Position numbers and translations under genes: made by a program. A DNA stretch of 32,000 bases. Origin: Sinorhizobium meliloti (GTDB taxonomy: Bacteria; Pseudomonadota; Alphaproteobacteria; Rhizobiales; Rhizobiaceae). The stretch spans positions 2,400,001-2,432,000 of the forward strand of contig NZ_JAGIOS010000001.1 in assembly GCF_017876815.1 (NCBI RefSeq). The letters run 5' to 3'. Positions 1-8,580 of this stretch are shown here, piece after piece. Numbering within the stretch: position 1 is the first letter of the stretch; each line of letters begins with the position of its first letter. The notes beneath the pieces are model-generated. The model had not been told where the DNA came from. It worked only from the letters and a program-made list of their open reading frames with translations, and searched no databases.

Positions 1-1964
1 GCAGCGTCGACGCAGGGATAAATGCATCGCGTGCCGACTTCGGTATCAATCTTCGCGGTCTTTCCGGTCCTCGTATCGTGACCACGATCGACGGCGTTCC
101 GATCCCCTATATCTCGAACAGCGCCCGTCAGGGTGCCTTTGCCTCGATCAATGCGAACGGCGGCGGGGACATGTTCGATTTCAATTCGCTCTCCGTGGTC
201 GACATAGTGCGCGGGGCGGATTCGAGCCGTGGCGGTTCCGGCATGCTCGGGGGCGCCGTGGTGCTGCGCACGCTCGAGCCCGAGGATGTCATATCCGACG
301 GAAAGGATTGGGGCGCGATCTTCAGGTCCATCTATGACAGCGAAGACGACAGCATTGCGGGCTCGGTTGCTGGAGCCCACAGATTCGGCCAGACCTCCGT
401 TCTCTTTCAGGGCAGCTACCGCAAGGGGAATGAACGGGATAACGAGGGGACGGTCGGTGGCTACGGATCCGCCCGCACGGAGCCCAACCCTACCGATTTC
501 GACCAGAACAACTTGCTCTTCAAGTTTCGGCATGAACTCGAAGGCGGTCACAGAATCGGCCTGACGGCGGAAAGCTTCCGCCGCGACGCCGACAATGATC
601 TCAGAGCGGAACAGGGGCGCCGGTACAAGATCGGCGACTATACCGGTTTTGAAGACCGCGACCGCAAGCGCGTCTCGCTGGACTATGATTTCGAGGCCGC
701 CTCGTCGGACGACTTCTTCAGCTTCGCCAGGGCATCGCTCTACTGGCAGGATCTGGAACGCTCCTCCGGCTCGAATGGCCGGACGATCGCCGATGTGCCC
801 TACGGGCGCGACAATTCGATCAGCAACGAGAGCGTGGGTTTCAACGGACGCGCAGGCAAGGATTTCGAAACCGGCGGTTTCGATCATTCGCTAACCTTCG
901 GCCTCGATGTCGCCCGTTCCGAGTGGAGCCAGTATACCTCGGCGGTTTGCCCGACGCCGGCGACATGCCCGGCGCTCAACAACCAGTCCGAAGTCCCCGA
1001 CGTGAGGAGCATGACGGTCGGCGCCATATTGGAAGACCGCATTTCGGTCGGCGACAGCGCGTTTGCGCTCACGCCGGGGTTGCGCTTCGACTGGTTCCAA
1101 TATGACCCTCAGCTCAATGCAGGCTTCGAGTCGAATACAGGATCGGGAATCTTCGGGGATCTGAAGGCCAGGGATGGGGTTCGCCTGTCGCCGAAGCTCC
1201 TCGCGACCTATGACGTTACGCCGGATGTCGAGCTGTTCGCACAATGGTCGATGGCCTTCCGGGCGCCGACCGTGGACGAGCTTTATAGCCGCTTCTACAA
1301 CCCGTTCGGAAACTATGCCCAGCTCGGCAATCCGGATCTCAAGCCGGAAACCGGCAAAGGATTCGAGATCGGTGCCAATTTCGACACCGGTGAGCTGAGC
1401 GGCCGGGTCGCGGCGTTCCACAATATCTATGACAATTTCATTGAAACCGGCGATTCCATCAACAGCGACACCGGGATCAGGGAATTCAAATATGCCAACG
1501 TCAACAAGGCCCGAATCTCGGGTATCGAGTTGAGTGCGTTGAAAACCTTCGACAACGGCTTCAACCTCCATGCGTCGCTTGCCTACTCCTATGGCAAGAA
1601 CGAGGACGAGGGCACGCGGCTGCGGACGGTCGCGCCATTCAAGGCGATCATCGGCGGCGGCTACAGCCAGGAAACCTTCGGTGTCGATGTCTCGACGACG
1701 GTCTCGGCAGCCATGCCGGACGATAACGACAGCGAAACCTTCGATGCCCCCGGCTACGGTCTCGTGGATATGACCGGGTGGTGGACGCCCGAAAGCTTCA
1801 AGGGATTGAGGGTAGAGGCCGGGGTCTATAACATCTTCGACAAGAAGTATTTCAACGCGCTCGGCGTACGTGGCGTCGACCTCGCCTCATCGTCCGCTCA
1901 GCCGCGCGACTTCTATTCCGAACCGGGACGCACGTTCAAAGTCTCGTTGACGCAACGCTTCTGA
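1..1964 (+). CDS. shmR: TonB-dependent heme/hemoglobin-type outer-membrane receptor, 5' end cut by window edge
   Basis: The frame is open from nt 3 (SVDAGINASRADFGINLRGLSGPRIVTTIDGVP, a plug-domain motif), so the GTG at 78 in the ORF track is not the real start. Heme-receptor FRAP box at 1257-1268 and NPNL-like NPDL box at 1329-1340. Barrel ends ...SLTQRF with a terminal aromatic residue. Its position directly upstream of trpL-trpE(G) matches my memory of shmR in S. meliloti; the symbol is less certain than the family. Confidence 0.85.
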   Translation, partial: SVDAGINASRADFGINLRGLSGPRIVTTIDGVPIPYISNSARQGAFASINANGGGDMFDFNSLSVVDIVRGADSSRGGSGMLGGAVVLRTLEPEDVISDGKDWGAIFRSIYDSEDDSIAGSVAGAHRFGQTSVLFQGSYRKGNERDNEGTVGGYGSARTEPNPTDFDQNNLLFKFRHELEGGHRIGLTAESFRRDADNDLRAEQGRRYKIGDYTGFEDRDRKRVSLDYDFEAASSDDFFSFARASLYWQDLERSSGSNGRTIADVPYGRDNSISNESVGFNGRAGKDFETGGFDHSLTFGLDVARSEWSQYTSAVCPTPATCPALNNQSEVPDVRSMTVGAILEDRISVGDSAFALTPGLRFDWFQYDPQLNAGFESNTGSGIFGDLKARDGVRLSPKLLATYDVTPDVELFAQWSMAFRAPTVDELYSRFYNPFGNYAQLGNPDLKPETGKGFEIGANFDTGELSGRVAAFHNIYDNFIETGDSINSDTGIREFKYANVNKARISGIELSALKTFDNGFNLHASLAYSYGKNEDEGTRLRTVAPFKAIIGGGYSQETFGVDVSTTVSAAMPDDNDSETFDAPGYGLVDMTGWWTPESFKGLRVEAGVYNIFDKKYFNALGVRGVDLASSSAQPRDFYSEPGRTFKVSLTQRF

Positions 1965-1990
1965 TCATTCAGCAAGTTCCGACGGTCTAA

Positions 1991-2016
1991 AGGCGGCTCG
2001 TGTTAGCCGCCTTTTC
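1991..2016 (+). terminator. Rho-independent terminator after the heme receptor gene
   Basis: AGGCGGCT (1991-1998) / AGCCGCCT (2005-2012) stem with a 6-nt loop, followed by TTTTCT. It lies 27 nt after the stop codon. Confidence 0.6.
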
Positions 2017-2040
2017 TCACTCTCTTCCTCTTTTTTCCCG

Positions 2041-2069
2041 CTTGCGCGCCATCGCAAGCCGCGCTAACA
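2041..2069 (+). promoter_or_regulatory. Candidate sigma70-type promoter of trpL-trpE(G)
   Basis: CTTGCG (2041-2046), 17-nt spacer, CTAACA (2064-2069), compared with the rhizobial consensus CTTGAC-N17-CTATAT. The predicted start near 2076 leaves almost no 5' UTR before the trpL ATG. The -35 element lies inside the inverted repeat CTTGCG-cgccat-CGCAAG (2041-2058). Confidence 0.35.
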
Positions 2070-2078
2070 CTTCCGCCC

Positions 2079-2123
2079 ATGGCAAACACGCAGAACATTT
2101 CGATCTGGTGGTGGGCTCGCTGA
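2079..2123 (+). CDS. trpL: Tryptophan operon leader peptide (14 aa, [14 protein letters not shown])
   Basis: ATG at 2079 and TGA at 2121-2123. Three consecutive Trp codons at 2106-2114. It is followed directly by alternative hairpins and a terminator upstream of trpE(G). The peptide is identical to the S. meliloti leader peptide as I remember it. Confidence 0.9.
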
Positions 2124-2157
2124 GGCGGCCTTGACCAGTCATGCGTGATTGAGAGAT

Positions 2158-2190
2158 GGAGCCGCCCGGAGATTTCGAGGCGGCTTTTTT
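2158..2190 (+). terminator. trp attenuator terminator hairpin
   Basis: AGCCGCC (2160-2166) pairs with GGCGGCT (2179-2185) and is followed by T6 (2185-2190). The same GCCGCC can instead pair with GGCGGC at 2124-2129, just after the trpL stop, to form an antiterminator. Confidence 0.8.
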
Positions 2191-2237
2191 CGTATTCGGG
2201 CCGCGTGGAAAGACCGGGCTTTTACGGAGCGAGACGA

Positions 2238-4427
2238 ATGGCAGCGGTAATTCTGGAAGACGGCGCGGAGAGTTATACCACGAAGGGTGGCATCGTCGTC
2301 ACCCGCAGGCGGCGTGAGGCATCCTACAGCGACGCGATCGCCGGTTATGTCGACCGGCTGGACGAACGCCGCGGCGCGGTCTTTTCCTCGAACTACGAAT
2401 ATCCCGGCCGCTATACCCGCTGGGACACTGCGGTGGTCGACCCGCCGCTTGCCATCTCCTCCTTCGGTCGCTCGCTCTGGATCGAAGCCTATAACGAACG
2501 CGGCGAAGTGCTGCTGGCGCTGATCGCCGAGGATCTGAAGTCCGTTGCCGACATCACGCTCGGCTCACTTGCCGCCCGCCGCCTCGACCTCACCATCAAC
2601 GAGCCCGATCGTGTCTTCACCGAGGAAGAGCGGTCGAAGATGCCGACGGTCTTTACGGTTCTTCGCGCGGTGACGAACCTCTTCCACTCGGAGGAGGACT
2701 CGAACCTCGGCCTCTATGGCGCCTTCGGCTACGACCTCGCCTTCCAGTTCGATGCGATCGAACTGAAGCTTTCGCGTCCGGACGACCAGCGCGACATGGT
2801 TCTCTTTCTGCCGGACGAGATCCTTGTGGTCGATCACTATGCGGCCAAGGCCTGGATCGACCGCTACGATTTCGCCAGGGAGAACCTTTCGACCGAGGGC
2901 AAGGCAGCGGACATTGCTCCCGAGCCGTTCCGCAGCGTCGACAGCATCCCGCCGCACGGGGATCACCGCCCGGGCGAATATGCCGAGCTCGTCGTCAAGG
3001 CGAAGGAAAGCTTCCGTCGCGGCGATCTTTTCGAAGTGGTGCCGGGGCAGAAATTCTACGAGCGCTGCGAAAGCCGCCCGTCCGAGATTTCCAACCGGCT
3101 GAAGGCGATCAATCCGTCGCCCTATTCCTTCTTCATCAATCTCGGCAACCAGGAATATCTCGTCGGTGCTTCGCCGGAGATGTTCGTGCGCGTTTCCGGC
3201 CGGCGCATCGAGACCTGCCCGATCTCCGGTACGATCAAGCGCGGCGACGATCCGATCGCCGACAGCGAGCAGATCCTGAAGCTCTTGAACTCGAAGAAGG
3301 ACGAGTCCGAGCTCACCATGTGCTCGGACGTCGACCGCAACGACAAGAGCCGGGTCTGCGTGCCGGGCTCGGTCAAGGTGATCGGCCGGCGTCAGATCGA
3401 GATGTATTCGCGGCTGATCCACACGGTCGATCACATCGAGGGGCGCCTGCGCGACGATATGGACGCCTTCGACGGGTTCCTCAGCCACGCCTGGGCGGTG
3501 ACCGTTACCGGCGCGCCAAAGCTCTGGGCCATGCGCTTCATCGAGAGCCACGAGAAGAGCCCGCGTGCCTGGTATGGCGGCGCGATCGGCATGGTCGGCT
3601 TCAACGGCGACATGAATACCGGGCTGACCTTGCGTACCATCCGCATCAAGGACGGGATCGCCGAGGTGAGGGCGGGTGCGACGCTCCTCTATGATTCCAA
3701 TCCGGAAGAAGAAGAAGCCGAAACCGAACTGAAGGCCTCTGCCATGATTGCAGCCATCCGCGACGCGAAATCCGCAAACAGCGCCAAATCCGCGCGCGAT
3801 GTCGCCGCCGTCGGCGCCGGAGTCAGCATCCTGCTCGTCGATCACGAGGACAGCTTCGTCCATACCCTCGCGAACTACTTCCGCCAGACCGGCGCGTCCG
3901 TCACCACCGTGCGCACGCCGGTGGCCGAGGAAATCTTCGACCGGGTCAAGCCGGACCTCGTCGTGCTTTCGCCCGGTCCCGGCACCCCGAAGGACTTCGA
4001 CTGCAAGGCGACGATCAAGAAGGCGCGGGCGCGGGACCTGCCGATCTTCGGCGTCTGCCTGGGGCTGCAGGCGCTCGCGGAGGCCTATGGCGGCGACCTT
4101 CGTCAACTGGCGATCCCGATGCATGGGAAGCCCTCGCGCATCCGCGTGCTCGAACCCGGCATCGTCTTCTCCGGCCTCGGCAAGGAGGTGACGGTCGGGC
4201 GCTATCATTCGATTTTCGCCGATCCGTCCAACCTGCCGCGCGAATTCGTGATCACGGCCGAAAGCGAAGATGGTACGATCATGGGCATCGAACACAGCAA
4301 GGAGCCGGTGGCGGCCGTGCAGTTCCATCCGGAATCGATCATGACGCTGGGCGGCGACGCCGGCATGCGGATGATCGAGAACGTGGTTGCCCATCTCGCC
4401 AAGCGGGCGAAGACCAAGGCAGCCTGA
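2238..4427 (+). CDS. trpE: Anthranilate synthase, fused component I + glutamine amidotransferase component II, TrpE(G), 729 aa
   Basis: Start at the internal ATG 2238 ([13 protein letters not shown]...); the upstream part of the track ORF (2145-2237) is the attenuator. Chorismate-binding motifs [21 protein letters not shown] and AWYGGAIG. C-terminal GATase with GVCLGLQAL (catalytic Cys) and VQFHPESI. Confidence 0.97.
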
Positions 4428-4509
4428 CCTCCTGCGCGTCGGCTGGACCGGCTCGAGGCATTCGACCGTTTGACAAGCGGCCCGTGATCGCCCATATGGC
4501 GCCCATGAT

Positions 4510-4541
4510 CCGCCTGCGCGAAAACCCGCGCGGGCGGTTTT
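4510..4541 (+). terminator. Rho-independent terminator after trpE(G)
   Basis: CCGCCTGCGCG (4510-4520) / CGCGCGGGCGG (4527-4537) forms an 11-bp stem with one G:T pair and loop AAAACC, followed by TTTT (4538-4541). Confidence 0.7.
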
Positions 4542-4584
4542 GCATTTGAATGGCCTTGCATCTGCAACTCGTTTGCATCTGCAG
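4540..4584 (+). promoter_or_regulatory. Three direct copies of TTGCAT(T/C)TG(A/C)A at the CDF gene 5' end (candidate operator/promoter)
   Basis: TTGCATTTGAA at 4540-4550, TTGCATCTGCAA at 4556-4567 and TTGCATCTGCAG at 4573-4584, spaced 16 and 17 bp apart. The middle copy contains the inverted repeat TTGCA-TC-TGCAA. The third copy runs into the GGAGG Shine-Dalgarno sequence. Confidence 0.3.
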
Positions 4585-4595
4585 GAGGAATGAAG

Positions 4596-5516
4596 ATGAC
4601 CGGAACCGACAATAGAACCATCCTGCGACTCGCCTTCTGGGGCATCCCCCTGTCGCTGGGCGTGATGGGCCTTAAGATGCTCGCCTGGTGGGTGACGGGC
4701 TCGGTGGCGCTCCTGTCCGACGGGCTGGAATCTTCCGTCAACGTGGTCGCCGCGGTGATCGCCTATGCGATGATCGGCTATGCGGCAAAGCCGGCCGATG
4801 CCGACCACCCCTTCGGGCATCACAAGGCGGAATACTTCTCCGCAGTCATCGAAGGCGTGCTGATCGTCCTGGCGGCGTTGCTGATCATCTGGGAGGCCAT
4901 TCCCGAAATGATGGCACCGGTACTTCTGAATGCACCGACGCTCGGCCTCGCCATCAATTTTGCTGCCGGCGTCGTCAATGCGATCTGGGCCTATGTGCTC
5001 ATCCGCGCGGGCAGCCGCCATCGCTCGCCGGCACTGAGTGCGGACGGCCAACACATTCTCTCGGATGTCGTGACCTCCGCGGGCGTGCTCGTCGGCCTTC
5101 TTCTTGCCATCGCCACGGGCTACGCGATCCTCGATCCGCTGCTCGCCGTAATTGTCGCGGGCAATATCCTGTTCCAGGGCTGGAAAGTGATTTCGCGCTC
5201 CGTCGACGGGCTGATGGACAAGGCGGTGCCGGCGGACGAGGAGGAGGCGATCAAGGCGGCGATCGCGGCCAATGCCGGCGGCTCTCTCGGCGTCCATGAC
5301 CTGAAGACGCGTCAGGCGGGCCCGGCGATCTTCGTGGATTTTCACATGGTCGTGCCGGAGGCGATGGCGGTCGGTGACGCGCACGACATCTGCGACCGGA
5401 TCGAGGATGCGATTCGCGTCGTGCATCCGGGTGCGGGGATCGCCATTCACGTCGAACCGGAAGGCGAAAAGGCGCACGGGGTGCGCGTCAAAGTTAGTGG
5501 AGCATCACGGAAATGA
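4596..5516 (+). CDS. yiiP: Cation diffusion facilitator (CDF, FieF/YiiP-type) divalent metal exporter
   Basis: Six predicted TM helices. Metal-site residues in TM2 (LLSDGLES) and TM5 (HILSDVVTS). C-terminal cytoplasmic domain ([10 protein letters not shown]...HVEP). I prefer ATG 4596, which has 7-nt spacing from GGAGG at 4584-4588, over the track start at 4590 (1-nt spacing). By synteny this is the gene I recall as the Mn exporter SmYiiP; the symbol is tentative. Confidence 0.88.
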
Positions 5517-5977
5517 CCAAGACTGATGTATCGGGACTTTCACAACTGGGGGCAAAGGTCGATCTGCCCCAAAGCCCGGAAGAGGCGGTGCTCGAAAGAG
5601 TGCCGAGCGGGCATGGCGGCACGGATTTCGTCGTCCGCTTTACGGCGCCCGAGTTCACCTCGCTTTGCCCGATGACCGGGCAGCCCGACTTCGCGCATAT
5701 CGTCATCGACTATGTGCCTGACGGCTGGCTGGTGGAGTCGAAATCGCTCAAGCTGTTCCTGCATTCGTTCCGCAACCACGGCGCTTTCCACGAGGATTGC
5801 ACGATCGAGATCGCCAAGCGCCTGGTTTCGCTGCTTTCTCCGAAGTGGCTCCGGATCGGGGCCTACTGGTATCCCCGCGGCGGCATCCCGATCGACGTTT
5901 TCTGGCAGACGGGAAACCCGCCGGAGGGCGTCTGGCTGCCGGATCAGGGCGTGCCGACCTATCGCGGACGGGGATGA
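5513..5977 (+). CDS. queF: NADPH-dependent 7-cyano-7-deazaguanine (preQ0) reductase, unimodular type
   Basis: Catalytic Cys context [13 protein letters not shown] and QueF motif [16 protein letters not shown]. The ATG overlaps the CDF stop codon (ATGA at 5513-5516). Confidence 0.95.
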
Positions 5978-5996
5978 TGGCGTCTGCGCATTTGCA

Positions 5997-6658
5997 ATGG
6001 CGGGCTTCATGAGCAGGCGCCACGCCGGTGACGAAATTCTGCTTCCGAAACTGCCCACGGGTCGGGAATGGACGCCGGTTCGTCACGGCGAATCCGGTGA
6101 CCGCGTCTATCGTCGCAGCGACGGCGGCGCCTATGCGAAGATTGCGAGCGGCAAGGCCGCAGCACTGCTCGAGGGGGAGCGCGATCGTGTCGCTTGGCTG
6201 GCGCCGTTCCGCCTGGGCTCGCCCTCCGTCTGCGAGTGGATCGCGGCAGATGAAGCATGCCTCGTCATCAGCGCGCTGCCGGGTGTGCCGGCAAGCGAGC
6301 TCTCCGCCGTCGACCTCAAGAAAGCCTGGCCGTCGATCCTGCGGCAATTGAAGCTGCTGCATGAATTGCCGACGGAAGCCTGCCCTTTCGGGCGGCGGCT
6401 CGCGTCGATGTTCGACCGGGCCGCGGATGTCGTCCGGCGCGATGCCGTCAATCCGGATTTCCTGGCCCCGGAGGATCAGAACACTCCGCCGGGCGAACTG
6501 CTCGACGCTCTGCGGGCCGAACTGCCGAGGCACCTGATCGACGAGCCTTCCGATCTCGTAATCTGTCATGGCGACGCATGCCTGCCGAACTTCATGGTCG
6601 ATCCGGATACACACCGCTGCACGGGCGTGATCGACCTGGGCCGGCTCGGAACGGCGGA
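5997..6658 (+). pseudogene. Aminoglycoside 3'-phosphotransferase (APH(3'))-family gene, 3'-truncated (about 50 codons missing)
   Basis: The middle of track ORF 5712-6920 reads like APH(3'): VYRRSD...YAKI, ISALPGVP, and the catalytic loop [14 protein letters not shown]...[11 protein letters not shown]. Family members continue after GRLG-x-AD with RYQD... and ~45 more residues. Here the frame runs into the antisense strand of the receptor gene. An alternative start is ATG 6009. Confidence 0.7.
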
Positions 6659-8546
6659 ACCTGGCGTTCGTGTAGGTGTAGGCAAGCGTTACCGGAACCT
6701 CGAAGCCGTTACTATCGATACTGCCAAATGTGCGGCCAACGGTCAATTCGATGCCTTTGACGCTGACCTCGCCGCCCTCGAACTGATCACCAATGGTGCA
6801 ATTGCCTCCGGTGGATGCGGTGCAGGTTCCAAGCAGGTTCGAATAGCTGTTGATGAAGCCTATGGCACCGGCGCGCCAGCCGTCGGAATCATACTTCACG
6901 CCGGATTCGTAGTTCCATGAAGTCTCGGGATCCACGTCCGATCCCGGAGCGGGGCTGGCAAAGCCGCGATGGACACCGGCCACCAGCAGAACCTCGTCGG
7001 TGGCGCTCCAGGTTGCCGACAGGCCGGGGATGAACACATCGACATAGGACTGTTTTGCAGTGGTCGGCCCGTTGCGGCCGGGGTCGGCGCTCCCCCAGTT
7101 CGTCTGGTCCAGATTGATCGATTCATAGCGCAGGCCGGGAACGAAGGTGAACGGTCCGGCTTCGATCGTGTCGCGCGCGAAGAAAGCCCATGCCTTGGCT
7201 TCATTCAGGCGGTTGGACTGGCTGCCCGGCGCGCCCGCGGAGGTCAGGATCATGCGCCCATTGACCATCTGGTAGCGATCGTCCTGCTGGAAGCGGTCTT
7301 CCTCGTCCTGATGATAGCGCGCGGACAATTCGAGTTCGTGGCTGAGTTCGCCGGTATCGAAATTCGTGGTCAGCACGCTTTGAATGCCGGTCGCCTGATA
7401 GGCGCGGGCGTTGTTGCGCACACGCAATGCCCCCGCTCGGCCGGTATATCCGTCCGCACCGACGATATCGGCCATCTGCGTCGAATACGTATCGGGGTCC
7501 GCCAGGATGTTGCTGAGGGATACCCAGCCAGTATCGGAGTCGTTACGGACATCGTTGAGCTTGTACCAGGCCCGCGTGGTATCGGTACGGTAGACGGTCG
7601 TCGTCAGGTTGATGTCGGGTGTGATCTCGTAACTGTGGCTGAATTGATAGATATTATGCGCGGCGTCGATCACGTCCTTCTGACTGGCGTTATAGCGCCT
7701 GAAAGGCGTGTCCTTGAAATCGTCCAGGGTCAGGCCGAGATAGGTCTCATTGCTGGTTTCATCGTAGTTTTGATACTTGAACTCGAAATTCTGCGTTCCA
7801 TCGGCCGTGCGAAAGCCCAGCTTGCCGCCCCAATCGGTGAGATCGAATCCGGTATCGCCGCCGCGATCGATATCCTTGAAGCCATCCGATTTATCGTAAA
7901 GCCCTTCGATAAGTCCGCCGATCTCGAACGCGTCGCCCAGCGGCGCCCAACCTCCGGTCCAGGCGTGGACACGTCGGCCGCCATAGCTGCCACCGAGAAT
8001 GTCCGCCTTTCCGGTCAGCGTTCCGATATCGGAATCGGGAATAGGGGTCGAGAAAAGATTGATCGCGCCGCCAACGGTCATCGGACCGTATTTTATTGCT
8101 GCCGGTCCCTTGGCCACCTCTACCCCCGACATGCGCGCCATCTTGGGAAAATAATAGGCCGCAGGCGCCGCATAGGGGGCCGGCGCGATCAGGATGCCGT
8201 CTTCCATGACCGTTATGCGGGCATTGCGGTCTGTACCCGAACCACGGATGCCTATGTTGGGCCTAAGGCCGAACCCCTCTTCCTCTTGAAGATAAACACC
8301 CGGAATCTGCCGCAATACCCGATTGGGGTCGCTATAGGAAAAGCGCTCCATATCCGTCAGGTCCAGCCGCTGGACCGAACCGCCGATCGCGAATGCGTCG
8401 GATTTGTCCGCGGTGACGACAATAGGAGCGAGCAAAGTTCTGTTTTCTTTGGGAGCTTCTTGCGCCTGAACAAGTATAGGCATGCTCCAAAAGCCGGCAC
8501 CAACTACAATTGCGAGGCGACTCGCGCTTGATCTCCATAGAATCAT
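6657..8546 (-). pseudogene. TonB-dependent siderophore-type receptor, 3'-truncated (barrel C-terminus missing)
   Basis: Signal peptide MILWRSSASRLAIVVGAGFWSMPILVQA, TonB-box-like APIVVTAD, and plug motifs (RQIPGVYLQEE, IGIRGSG, VMEDGILIAPAPY). The barrel runs to ...VTLAYTYTNARF (6657-6680). After that the 932-aa track ORF is only the antisense of the APH-like gene. No terminal aromatic barrel strand appears in any minus-strand frame. Confidence 0.75.
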
Positions 8547-8580
8547 TCTAAATGTCCCCTCTGCCCCAGAGTTGCCAGTT

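Larger units (their letters stand above)
2077..2190 (+). ncRNA. trp attenuator RNA (terminated leader transcript, rnTrpL-type sRNA)
   Basis: The span from the predicted start (~2076) to the end of the attenuator T-run (2190) is ~112-114 nt. This is consistent with the ~110-nt attenuator sRNA described for S. meliloti (from memory). The 5' end is inferred, not observed. Confidence 0.65.

Noticed and set aside
2145-2237. N-terminal 31-codon extension of the trpE(G) ORF in the track ([19 protein letters not shown]...).
   Set aside because: This stretch is the attenuator terminator hairpin and T-run. The conserved TrpE(G) N-terminus begins at ATG 2238.
2565-5477. 970-aa minus-strand ORF antisense to trpE(G) and the CDF gene.
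   Set aside because: The composition is Arg/Ala/Gly/Asp-rich with no recognisable motifs, and it lies exactly opposite two well-supported genes. This is a typical shadow ORF of high-GC DNA.
5997-6658. Possibility that the APH(3')-like sequence is a Tn5 nptII marker left by mutagenesis.
   Set aside because: Outside the catalytic loop the protein differs from my recollection of NptII at most positions (for example [30 protein letters not shown] versus [28 protein letters not shown]). No IS50-like ends are visible. It looks like a native homolog.
5748-8546. 932-aa minus-strand ORF, which looks like one very large TonB-dependent receptor.
   Set aside because: Only the first ~630 residues are receptor-like. 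After ...LAYTYTNARF the frame is the stop-free antisense of the APH-like gene and queF. I treat it as a truncated receptor plus a GC-driven read-through.
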